From Candidatus Woesearchaeota archaeon (GTDB taxonomy: Archaea > Nanobdellota > Nanobdellia > Pacearchaeales > GW2011-AR1): DNA of 47,970 nt. Under the pieces are notes generated by a model that saw only the letters and a program-made list of their open reading frames with translations, searched no databases and was not told the DNA's origin. The stretch is taken from assembly GCA_964621025.1 (NCBI GenBank), contig CAZUKQ010000002.1:101292-149261 (forward strand), in the 5' to 3' direction. The position numbers and the translations under genes are program-made. This document shows positions 36,105-44,097 of this stretch, piece by piece. Positions within the stretch are counted from its first letter, which is position 1. Each line of letters opens with the position of its first letter.

Positions 36105-36950
36105 ATGAAAACTAAATACATAGACTTACACACGCACACTAACTACTCAGATGGAATCTTCCATGAACCTAGAATGTTAGTTAGCACTGCAGCTTACAGA
36201 GGAATTGATATATTAGCAAAGACTGATCATGATACTTTCACAGGTTTTGAAGAAACTAAAAAAGAAGCAGACAAGTTCGGATTAATTTTGATTCCTGGTG
36301 TGGAAATAACTACTCCTAGCTATCATCTTCTTGGTTACAACTTCAAACCAAATGAAAGATTTTTGAGCTTTTTGGAAAAATCAAAGAAATTCCAAGAAGA
36401 TGCATGTAAACTAAGAGCAGATTTACTTCACAAGACTGGCGTTCCAATTAATCTAGAGAAAGTTCTTGAAATGTTTCCTCAATCAAGGATAGGAAAACAT
36501 AATCTCTTGTTTACTATGCTCGGAGATGAGGAATGTAAGGAATATTTGAAAAAAGAACATCCAGAAAAAAGCCCTTATGAAATTTTTAAGTATTACTTTG
36601 GAAAGAATGGAATTGCAAGCAATCTTCCAGATAGGCCGGGAGTAAGTTTTCAGGAAGCAATAGAAGAAGTTCATCTTGCTGACGGAGTAATTGGAATTGC
36701 ACATCCAACTAAAGATGTAAAAGACATGAAAGAAATGGATATCCTTTTAGAAGCTGGAATAGATTTTATGGAACATCAGATATTGGATGCAAAAGCAAAT
36801 TACGCTCCTTTTCTAGAATTTGCTAAGAAAAATAAACTTCCAATAACTTACGGTTCAGATTATCATGGTCCTACCTTCTTTAGACAACCGCTGGGAAGAC
36901 AAGGAAATGTATTAACCAAAGAACTTGCTGAGTTATTAAAACTAAACTGA
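36105..36950 (+). CDS. PHP-domain metal-dependent phosphoesterase
   Basis: IDLHTHTNYSDG at the N-terminus, later HP/DYH metal ligands. Confidence 0.85.
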   Translation: MKTKYIDLHTHTNYSDGIFHEPRMLVSTAAYRGIDILAKTDHDTFTGFEETKKEADKFGLILIPGVEITTPSYHLLGYNFKPNERFLSFLEKSKKFQEDACKLRADLLHKTGVPINLEKVLEMFPQSRIGKHNLLFTMLGDEECKEYLKKEHPEKSPYEIFKYYFGKNGIASNLPDRPGVSFQEAIEEVHLADGVIGIAHPTKDVKDMKEMDILLEAGIDFMEHQILDAKANYAPFLEFAKKNKLPITYGSDYHGPTFFRQPLGRQGNVLTKELAELLKLN

Positions 36951-37100
36951 CCCTTGAAAATAGTGCAGTATCACTTTAGAGTTGGGTTATGTAACTTAAT
37001 AGTACCTTTCTATATAAAGCAAATTATCTTGCAAAATATATCTTTGTTGCCATAATTCTATTTAAAGAAAATCATCTTAACTAAATCAAGGAGGTGAAGA

Positions 37101-37244
37101 ATGGAAATAAAACTTGCAATAACATACGACGAACTTTCAGAAGATGGTTCTAGATCAAGTGATGGAATCGTAAGAGACTTTTCTAGAAGATTTCCTGATG
37201 CTGTTTGGGAAAGATATAATGCTGGCTGGAAAATTGTTGTTTAA
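37101..37244 (+). CDS. Unannotated 47-aa ORF with a near-perfect Shine-Dalgarno
   Basis: AAGGAGGTGA at 37088-37097, 3 nt before the ATG. TTTAAAG TATA-like element centred at 37064. Encodes MEIKLAITYDELSEDGSRSSDGIVRDFSRRFPDAVWERYNAGWKIVV. Confidence 0.4.
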   Translation: MEIKLAITYDELSEDGSRSSDGIVRDFSRRFPDAVWERYNAGWKIVV

Positions 37245-37277
37245 TGAAAAAGAGTAAATTTTATTGTTAGTTTGATA

Positions 37278-37820
37278 TTATTCAGTTAGACGTCCTAGCA
37301 CATATCCGGCCCCATATCCTGTAGCAGTCATAATTGATCCCCATACTGCTCCGGATAGAGCACCAAGGCTTCCTCCAGCAATTGAACCAACCTTTAAACC
37401 CACCTTGAGATTATGTTCATCTCTTAGTGACTCTTCCAAAAGGCTTCTTTTATCCTTTTCTTGAGGAAATTTAGCATCGTACTTATCAATTTCTCGATTA
37501 ATGTTTCCTATAAAAATATTTATTATTTTAGAACCTAAATATCTCTTAACTCCTCTCAAATCTTTTGTTACACTTCCCATTTCTTTCTCCAACTTTTCTC
37601 GATCTTTTACATCGGCTATTAATGCTCCTGCGACTGCACCATTTAATATTCCACTCGTTGCCGCGAGTCCTGTATAAACTACAGTAGGTAGGTAAGTCAC
37701 CATGTTCTCTCCTTGAAAAGGTATATTTCTTGAATCACAAAAACCATGATATGCACAGGCTCCTAGAGTACCTAATGCCAATCCTGCCGTTAGTCCTTTA
37801 TCTAACTTCTTAATATTCAT
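37278..37820 (-). CDS. Glycine-zipper membrane protein (180 aa)
   Basis: Gly/Ala-rich hydrophobic segments at both ends (GLALGTLGA, GSIAGGSLGALSGAVWGS) flank a charged middle. TTTAAAAA about 25 nt upstream. Confidence 0.55.
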   Translation of the reverse strand: MNIKKLDKGLTAGLALGTLGACAYHGFCDSRNIPFQGENMVTYLPTVVYTGLAATSGILNGAVAGALIADVKDREKLEKEMGSVTKDLRGVKRYLGSKIINIFIGNINREIDKYDAKFPQEKDKRSLLEESLRDEHNLKVGLKVGSIAGGSLGALSGAVWGSIMTATGYGAGYVLGRLTE

Positions 37821-37883
37821 AATTCTTCTAGAATTTATTACTTTAAAAACCTTTCTATTTGTTGTATCTTTATAGGAGTAACT

Positions 37884-38723
37884 TTAAACTCTGATGTCGC
37901 CCATCTGCCAATCTTTTATAATTAGCCGCGCAGTTCTATCTTCATCTATTTCCCCACCTTTCTTAAGGAAATTCTTTTGTTTTCCTAAAACTAATAATAA
38001 TTTTTCTACATCGCCTTCGGCGTCTATTTCATAAAACTCTTCTATTTGTTTACCATAATCTTTCATCAAAGAAGCAACAACCAATTCAGGGTCCTTGACT
38101 TTGCTGTAATCTCTTGCGTAAACTTTCGTGTGTTTTGCTAAAGCGTCATTTCCTGTTGAGGCATATTCTTCTCTTGGAATAACTCCTGGGGTGTCCAGTA
38201 ATAAAATTGTTGAAGTTAATCTAATCTTTTGCATTCCTTTAGTGAAACCGGCTTGAGCTCCAGTTCCTGCCGAAGATCTACCAGAAAGTAAATTTATCAA
38301 CGAAGATTTTCCAGTATTTGGATAACCAATAACTCCTACTTGGAATCTTTCTCTTGAATTAATCATATCTACTTTTTTCAATTCTCTTTTAATCAATTCT
38401 CTTAGTTTTGCTGCGCCTCTTCTTTGTCTTGAGGAAAGATAAATGAACGGCCAGATGTCAGCTTTCAAAAGTTTTTGTTTTTCTACGGAATTAACTAGGT
38501 CGGATTTGTTTAAAACGAAAATTATTTTCTTATTATGTTTTTTTATTTCCTCTTCAACAGCTCTATTTCTTGTTTCTTCAGGAAATCTTGAATCTAAAAC
38601 CTCTAAAATTAAATCGGATGTTCTGATGATTTCGTCGACAATAGGAGGATACTTCTGTCTCTGCTTTTTAATGTTCTCAAGATTTTTTGTGTGTCTTGCA
38701 CCGAATGAATATCTTACCCTCAT
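37884..38723 (-). CDS. Circularly permuted GTPase (YlqF/YawG family, ribosome-biogenesis type)
   Basis: Motif order G4 LNKSDL, then G1 GYPNTGKSSLIN, then G3 DTPG. Confidence 0.85.
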   Translation of the reverse strand: MRVRYSFGARHTKNLENIKKQRQKYPPIVDEIIRTSDLILEVLDSRFPEETRNRAVEEEIKKHNKKIIFVLNKSDLVNSVEKQKLLKADIWPFIYLSSRQRRGAAKLRELIKRELKKVDMINSRERFQVGVIGYPNTGKSSLINLLSGRSSAGTGAQAGFTKGMQKIRLTSTILLLDTPGVIPREEYASTGNDALAKHTKVYARDYSKVKDPELVVASLMKDYGKQIEEFYEIDAEGDVEKLLLVLGKQKNFLKKGGEIDEDRTARLIIKDWQMGDIRV

Positions 38724-38760
38724 GTTAATTTAATAGAAAGCTAATTTTTAATGCTTTGGA

Positions 38761-39201
38761 TTATCTTCTTGGTGGTCCTCGTGAATCTCGACCGTATGAA
38801 CTTCTTCTGTCTGTTGGACCTCGTCCGCTAGTTCTTGGTCTTTCTTCTCTTGAAGTTGAACTTCTTCCATATGTTCTGCCTCGGCTCTCTTCGCTTCTTC
38901 TTGCTCCGCCGTATGAACTTCTTCCATATGAACTAGTTCTTGGTCTTTCTTCTCTTGAAGAGCTACCATAACTTCTTCTGCCTTCGCCTGATGATGATCT
39001 TCCGTAAGATGGAGCTTCTGCTCTTGGTCCTCTGCTTCCGTATGAACTTCTTCCTTCGCTTCGACCATATGAAGAACCTTCTCTTGAAGGTGCTCGTGAA
39101 TAGCCACCACTGCTTCTTCCATAGGATGAACCTCCACTGGAACCTCTAGATGAATATCCTCCTCTTCTATCGTCTCGTCTACTTTCGCTTCTTCCGTATT
39201 C
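38761..39201 (-). repeat. Coding low-complexity repeat region (146 codons; S-Y-G-R units)
   Basis: The tail uses only R, S, G, Y, E, P, T, A and D. YGR occurs 7 times. Includes a perfect 28-nt direct repeat at 38828-38855 and 38933-38960. Confidence 0.85.
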
Positions 39202-40326
39202 TGCTTTTATTTCTAAAGCTTGAATTGCTGGTAATTCTTCTGGAATAATATTCAAAGATGCGTCTCTTTTTACAGATCTGAAGTTGTCGTAATCTCTGTC
39301 AGATAATAATGTGATTGCTTTTCCATCTGCGCCAGCTCTTGCTGTTCTTCCAATTCTGTGAATATATTCTGCACTTGTTTTTGGGACATCATAGTTGTAA
39401 ACATGAGAAACATTTTTGATGTCTAAACCTCTCGCAGCAACATCAGTACAAACTAAAACATTAACGTGACCCTTGTGGAAATCCATTAAGTTTGCGCTTC
39501 TTCTGCTTTGAGTTAAACCACCATGAACAACGTGTGAGTCAATTCCTTGCATCTTCAAGTTTTTAGCTACGAAATCTGCATTTCTTTTTGTGTTGGAGAA
39601 AATCATTACCAAACCAGTTTTTTCGGCCCTTAATAATTGAACTAAAAGAGAGAACTTTAATCTTGATGGAACATCATAGTAAACTTGTGTAAGTTGAGAA
39701 GCGTCAACGTAAGATTCAACAGCAACTTCTATTGCGTCTCTTGTGTGTTTCTTTGCTAGGTGATCTATTTCTCTTGAGATTGTTGCGGAGAACATCATTG
39801 TTTGTCTATTCTTTGGACATTTTGAAAGAATTCTTTCAACATCATCTTGGAAACCCATGTCAAACATTCTGTCAACTTCGTCTAAAACTAAGAATTTTAT
39901 TTCAGTTAAATTTAGTGTTCGTCTTTCAAGATGGTCTAAAACTCTTCCAGGAGTTCCTACAACGATATTTGCTGTTGAAAGCTGTCTCATTTGCTTTTGA
40001 ATATCCACACCACCATAAACTGGCACTATTTCACATGGAAGATATTTTGCGAATTTTTTAAGTGAAGTTGAAATTTGTTCTGCTAGTTCTCTTGTTGGTG
40101 TTAAAATTATAGATTGGATTCCGCCGTTGTAGTCGATTTTTTCTAAGATTGATGCACCGAAAGCTAAAGTTTTACCGGAACCAGTTGCAGAGCCACCGAT
40201 GATATCCTTGCCTTGCATGGCTAAAGGAATTGCCTTCTCTTGTATTTCTGTAGGTTCTTTGAAGTGCATTTCTTCTAATATTCTTAGAAGGTTTTCACTT
40301 AACCCTAAATCTTTAAACGATTTCAT
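38761..40326 (-). CDS. DEAD-box RNA helicase with a long Arg/Ser/Gly/Tyr C-terminal tail
   Basis: Q-motif FKEPTEIQ, motif I ATGSGKT, motif II DEVD, SAT, motif VI HRIGRTARAG. Confidence 0.95.
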   Translation of the reverse strand: MKSFKDLGLSENLLRILEEMHFKEPTEIQEKAIPLAMQGKDIIGGSATGSGKTLAFGASILEKIDYNGGIQSIILTPTRELAEQISTSLKKFAKYLPCEIVPVYGGVDIQKQMRQLSTANIVVGTPGRVLDHLERRTLNLTEIKFLVLDEVDRMFDMGFQDDVERILSKCPKNRQTMMFSATISREIDHLAKKHTRDAIEVAVESYVDASQLTQVYYDVPSRLKFSLLVQLLRAEKTGLVMIFSNTKRNADFVAKNLKMQGIDSHVVHGGLTQSRRSANLMDFHKGHVNVLVCTDVAARGLDIKNVSHVYNYDVPKTSAEYIHRIGRTARAGADGKAITLLSDRDYDNFRSVKRDASLNIIPEELPAIQALEIKAEYGRSESRRDDRRGGYSSRGSSGGSSYGRSSGGYSRAPSREGSSYGRSEGRSSYGSRGPRAEAPSYGRSSSGEGRRSYGSSSREERPRTSSYGRSSYGGARRSEESRGRTYGRSSTSREERPRTSGRGPTDRRSSYGRDSRGPPRR

Positions 40327-40452
40327 TGTTATTTCTGTAGTAATTTATCAAGAATTGTTTCTTGAGTTTGAATCCTTAAGGATAAACCCAAGGACTCGCC
40401 ATTATACTTACTAATCATAAAAGTTTTAGATGGTTTAAAAGGCTATGCTTTC

Positions 40453-40689
40453 TTAAAGCCAGGTTAATCTAGCAAGTTTTCTAGCATCTCGAGGTGAAAG
40501 ACTTAGATAACCATAACCACCTTCATGATGTGTTGTTGTTTCAGCATAGTTATGACTTAACATTCCTATTGACAAAGAATTTCTAAGCGCTTGAACCGGA
40601 GTTATTCCTTCTCTCTTTGCTATTTCTTCTAAAGAAGCATGCATTTCCGGAGTATAAAAAATTTTATCGGATGGTTTATTTGTTGTCAT
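40453..40689 (-). CDS. Small protein, possible ribbon-helix-helix fold (78 aa)
   Basis: KIFYTPEMHASLEEIAKREGITPVQALRNSL has a strand-helix-helix pattern. TTTAAATA about 27 nt upstream. Confidence 0.4.
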   Translation of the reverse strand: MTTNKPSDKIFYTPEMHASLEEIAKREGITPVQALRNSLSIGMLSHNYAETTTHHEGGYGYLSLSPRDARKLARLTWL

Positions 40690-40780
40690 AGATTTGACTC
40701 GTCTAAGTCCTTTAAATAATTTCCGTTTGGAAAATATTATTAAAAATAAAAAAAATTTGGTTTTGCCTAATTCTATTAGC

Positions 40781-41014
40781 TTACCTTTTCTTATGTTTTG
40801 CTATAGTGGTTATGGCTGTCCCAATAGCTGCTCCAATTCCTACTGCGATTGCTACTGCTTTCTTAGGATTGTGCTCTACAAATTTTTCAACATCCTTTTC
40901 CGCTTTCAAAAGTTTTTTCCTTGCATCTGAAATACTTGCTTTAGCTTTTTTCTTTGCTGAAGCAACCTCTTTATTAAAATTGGACTCTTTTTTTACTGTT
41001 CCTTTCTTTTTCAT
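40781..41014 (-). CDS. DUF883 / YqjD-ElaB-YgaM-like tail-anchored protein
   Basis: The C-terminus FVEHNPKKAVAIAVGIGAAIGTAITTIAKHKKR parallels E. coli YqjD (...ENPWTGVGIGAAIGVVLG...RR). AAGGAGGGG SD and ATGA overlap with the upstream gene. Confidence 0.6.
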   Translation of the reverse strand: MKKKGTVKKESNFNKEVASAKKKAKASISDARKKLLKAEKDVEKFVEHNPKKAVAIAVGIGAAIGTAITTIAKHKKR

Positions 41015-41313
41015 TTTCCCCTCCTTTTTGCAATACGATTGAGCGCCCTATTCTTTATTATCAATGATACCATTACTAGAATAATTCCCATTACTAAAAA
41101 ACTCCAACCCTGACTTAAAATAGAATATTCACTCATTAAAAAAACGAAAGATAGACTCAGGAAAATTAATCCGGATATTAATAAAACTGTAGAATAAACC
41201 TTCTGAATTATTTTTTCTTCTGTAGAAACTATAATGTCGTTCACTTTGCCAGATAAACCTGAAATAAAATCAAGTATTCCCCAAAAATTAAAACCACTTT
41301 CTTTTTTTACCAT
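41011..41313 (-). CDS. Two-TM small membrane protein (YqjE/holin-3_6-like topology, tentative)
   Basis: Two hydrophobic helices after an amphipathic N-terminus, basic C-terminus. Translationally coupled to the DUF883-like gene. Confidence 0.5.
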   Translation of the reverse strand: MVKKESGFNFWGILDFISGLSGKVNDIIVSTEEKIIQKVYSTVLLISGLIFLSLSFVFLMSEYSILSQGWSFLVMGIILVMVSLIIKNRALNRIAKRRGK

Positions 41314-41380
41314 CTTTTGATAATACCTTCAATGCACTCTGCTTATTAAAGGTTTCTTTATCGCCTATATTTAGAAAAAA

Positions 41381-41461
41381 TGCCGACACCAGGAATCGGA
41401 CCTGGGTACCCCGAAGGGTCAAGATTTCCAATCTTGTGCAATACCATTATGCGATGCCGGC
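41381..41461 (-). tRNA. tRNA-Ser (anticodon GGA), no encoded CCA
   Basis: Hand fold: acceptor GCCGGCA/TGTCGGC, anticodon stem CAAGA/TCTTG with loop TTGGAAA, long variable arm CCC-TTCG-GGG, T stem CCAGG/CCTGG. Followed by TTTTTT. TTTAAAAG TATA about 30 nt upstream. Confidence 0.8.
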
Positions 41462-41495
41462 TTATAATAATTTGTGCGAGAATTGGTTTAAAAGA

Positions 41496-41957
41496 TTATT
41501 GATTCCATTTTGGTGGTTCCATCCAACCGTCATAACCATCATTTTTGTCATCGGAAGAAAAAGGAGAAGTGAAAGGTCTATTTCGATAGTCTTTAAGTTG
41601 TTTCATCAAATCATTATAAGATTTTTTCGAATGACCCAATACTATCAAAGAAGGTACTAAAAAGTTTCTGATTTGTTTACTTTGTATATAACACATAAAT
41701 CTCCAAGATTCTGCAAAACCGGCAATGACTGGATAATGCTCTATGTTCCCTGTTAAGGCACAAGCAGGAAGACCAATTAAATGCACCAAATTAGGAATTG
41801 TACTCTGTGCAGTCTTTTTGGCAGCATAATGTTTTACTAGAACAGTTTCTATTTCTCCTAAAATTTCTCTATCTAAAATTTGCTCCTCTAGTCTACCAAT
41901 GTCTGAATTAAGTTTATCCGATGTATCTTTGCAGAATAGATAATTTTTTAGTCCCAT
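41496..41957 (-). CDS. Hypothetical protein (153 aa)
   Basis: ORF 42 nt downstream of rps10 on the same strand. No motif recognised. Confidence 0.5.
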   Translation of the reverse strand: MGLKNYLFCKDTSDKLNSDIGRLEEQILDREILGEIETVLVKHYAAKKTAQSTIPNLVHLIGLPACALTGNIEHYPVIAGFAESWRFMCYIQSKQIRNFLVPSLIVLGHSKKSYNDLMKQLKDYRNRPFTSPFSSDDKNDGYDGWMEPPKWNQ

Positions 41958-41999
41958 GTTAAATGTTCAGAATCGCTGAGTCGAATCACCTTAGAAATA

Positions 42000-42308
42000 T
42001 TAATCAATCATCTCAATCTTGATGGAAACTGTTCGAGGAATGGAAATTCTCATAATGCTGTGAAGAACTTTGTCATTACCTGGTAAATCTAAAACTCTTT
42101 TGTGAATTCTCATTTCAAATCTGTCAAAAGTTGCTGTTCCGTTTCCACAAGGAGATTTTCTTGTTGTAACTTTCATCTTTCTTGTTGGTAATGGAATTGG
42201 ACCGCTAACTACTACGCCGGATCTAGAAGCGATATCTTTAATCATATCGATAACTCCGTTTAGTTTTTCAATATCTACACTTTGTAATTTTATTCTTACT
42301 TTAGACAT
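42000..42308 (-). CDS. rps10: Ribosomal protein uS10
   Basis: MSKVRIKLQS...SGPIPLPT...RFEMRIHKRVLDL is typical of S10. ATG at 42308; the track start is an upstream GTG. Confidence 0.9.
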   Translation of the reverse strand: MSKVRIKLQSVDIEKLNGVIDMIKDIASRSGVVVSGPIPLPTRKMKVTTRKSPCGNGTATFDRFEMRIHKRVLDLPGNDKVLHSIMRISIPRTVSIKIEMID

Positions 42309-42571
42309 AATTAACACTAAAAAAAATATGCTTTTAAACCTTACTATCTTCCTGAATTCATGAATTTGGAAAAGGTCCTTATATCTACTCTGTTGGTTTC
42401 CTCCTTTTTTATATTTTGGTGTGTATCAGATAAATTTTCTACTAAGAAGACTGTCTTAGTCGAGTGAGCTGTCGACGAAGATTCTTTATATGTTTGAAAT
42501 GCAGAGGGACTAGTTTTCTTCTATCGTTATCCCTAACAAAGGTTTATTAATATTTTAATCTTAATCAGAAT

Positions 42572-43081
42572 ATGACAATAGACACTGTGGTGATGAGTTT
42601 TATGAAGTCAATAGAGTCTCCTTTTCTGACTTCTTTTACAAAAGTCCTCTCAGATTTGACTGAACCTCTAGTTTTGCTAGCGGTCTCAATTGTTTTAGGT
42701 GCCTACCTTTATTTTAGGAAATCTAAAAAAGAAGGAATGTTCTTTGCGGTTGTGATGGTTATTGCTTCTGTTCTAGTGAAAGTTCTTAAAGAAATATTCC
42801 ACAAAGCAAGACCCATAGATTCTTTGATTAGTGAAACAAGCTACTCTTTTCCAAGTGGACATGCCATGATATCTATCATTTTCTTTGGTTTAGTTGTATT
42901 CTTGTTTATGAAAAGGAAAAAGAATTTACTAAAAATATGTGCTTCTATTTTGGCTGTTTTATTAATTTATTTTAGTAGACTTTATCTTAGAGTTCACTGG
43001 TTCAGCGACGTTGTTTTTGGATTTTTAATCGGTGGGATAATTTTAATTCTAGCAATATTTTTCTATAAAAAATATGAATAA
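42572..43081 (+). CDS. PAP2-family lipid phosphatase
   Basis: KARP, SFPSGHA, SRLYLRVHWFSD signature triad; multi-TM. Confidence 0.85.
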   Translation: MTIDTVVMSFMKSIESPFLTSFTKVLSDLTEPLVLLAVSIVLGAYLYFRKSKKEGMFFAVVMVIASVLVKVLKEIFHKARPIDSLISETSYSFPSGHAMISIIFFGLVVFLFMKRKKNLLKICASILAVLLIYFSRLYLRVHWFSDVVFGFLIGGIILILAIFFYKKYE

Positions 43082-43123
43082 TTAATTCATCAAGTTTAAA
43101 AACCCTGATTTTCACGCAGGCGT

Positions 43124-44002
43124 ATGGACATAAAAAAATTAATTTTAGCAGGAACGTTAATTGCGACAAGTGTAGCCGGGCAAATAAATAAAAAAATTGA
43201 ATATGATCCTATCAAAAAGAATTTTGCTATTCTAAACGAACAAACTTCTACCTCTGCAAGAGTAATTTATGATTCCTTGGAAGAAGAAGAGGGTTTTATA
43301 AAATTTGAAAATAGGGAAGGAGACGTTCCATTCGGGATGCAATACTTGGATTCATATGATGCAACAAGCCAGACGAAAAGAGTTGGAATCTCAAATGAAA
43401 ATCTTGGAATAGAAATGAATGAAACGAGTAATACTGGATTAGTTGCTAGAACTTTTGGATATTACCTTGCTGGAAAATATTTAGGATTAGAGCTGAAAAC
43501 TTCTATTTTACCTTCTGGAGAAGTGACCTATTCAACAGCTTATCCTTTAACTGAAAGAGATAAATTTAATGTAGATATACAGAGAGATCAAGCAGGACAG
43601 ATTGAACCAGGTGTAGGATTTAAAACAGAAGACAGGGCTATTTTAAGAAATTTAGAAATTCAAATAATGGAAACTCCTGTAGAAGAAGATTCTGAACAAC
43701 AAGGTTATTCTCTTTCTGCTAAAACAACTATCGCTGATGAAAAGGGAGTTTTGCCTTCGGTAGGACTAGAATACATTGCTGGACCAGATTGGTCTGAAGT
43801 AGGTTGTGCACTAAAATATAAAAATCTTGGATTAGAAACAAAATTTGGAGAAAATAAAATTGAGGAAAGAAATAGAAATTCGGTTTCTGTTACGGCAAAT
43901 CTTCTTGGAAACTCCTTACAACTTAGAACAATCTATAGAACTAATGAACAAACTGATAAAAATGAGGTCTTAAACTTTATTCAATATAAAAAAGAATTTT
44001 AG
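43124..44002 (+). CDS. Secreted protein with beta-strand-rich sequence and C-terminal Phe (292 aa)
   Basis: Signal peptide MDIKKLILAGTLIATSVAG, repeated alternating hydrophobic/polar segments, ends ...NFIQYKKEF. TTTAAAAA centred 25.5 nt upstream. Confidence 0.6.
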   Translation: MDIKKLILAGTLIATSVAGQINKKIEYDPIKKNFAILNEQTSTSARVIYDSLEEEEGFIKFENREGDVPFGMQYLDSYDATSQTKRVGISNENLGIEMNETSNTGLVARTFGYYLAGKYLGLELKTSILPSGEVTYSTAYPLTERDKFNVDIQRDQAGQIEPGVGFKTEDRAILRNLEIQIMETPVEEDSEQQGYSLSAKTTIADEKGVLPSVGLEYIAGPDWSEVGCALKYKNLGLETKFGENKIEERNRNSVSVTANLLGNSLQLRTIYRTNEQTDKNEVLNFIQYKKEF

Positions 44003-44097
44003 GAGTAGAAACCTTTTTTGCCTCTTTTCTTACCCTTTCGCCTAGCTATTCTTGAACTTCTTGCTAATCTTACTCGTTTAACTTTAATCTTTGGCAT
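43999..44097 (-). CDS. Unannotated 32-aa hyper-basic ORF (MPKIKVKRVRLARSSRIARRKGKKRGKKGFYS)
   Basis: ATG at 44097 with palindromic TTTATAAA (44119-44126) centred exactly 25.5 nt upstream. 15 of 32 residues are K/R. Confidence 0.4.
   Translation of the reverse strand: MPKIKVKRVRLARSSRIARRKGKKRGKKGFYS

Noticed and set aside
38748-39149. Three extra ORFs (38748-39137 minus, 38756-38971 plus, 38940-39149 plus) over the helicase tail
   Set aside because: They are alternative-frame or antisense readings of the repetitive GC-richer SYGR-coding DNA. They give implausible repetitive E/H/Q/V or L/P/S sequences and overlap the well-supported helicase frame.
40694-41042. Two 78-aa plus-strand ORFs opposite the DUF883-like gene
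   Set aside because: They are shadow ORFs of the minus-strand gene. The minus frame has the recognisable YqjD-like C-terminus, an SD and ATGA coupling. The plus frames are low-complexity Phe/Ser/Cys strings.
41436-41660. 74-aa plus-strand ORF
   Set aside because: It overlaps the 5' end of the tRNA-Ser gene and is antisense to the 153-aa minus-strand ORF. It has no promoter or SD signal.
42440-42480. Possible hairpin or ncRNA around GTCGAGTGAGCTGTCGAC in the rps10-PAP2 spacer
   Set aside because: Only 3-5 bp of imperfect pairing plus a self-palindromic GTCGAC. This is not distinguishable from chance.
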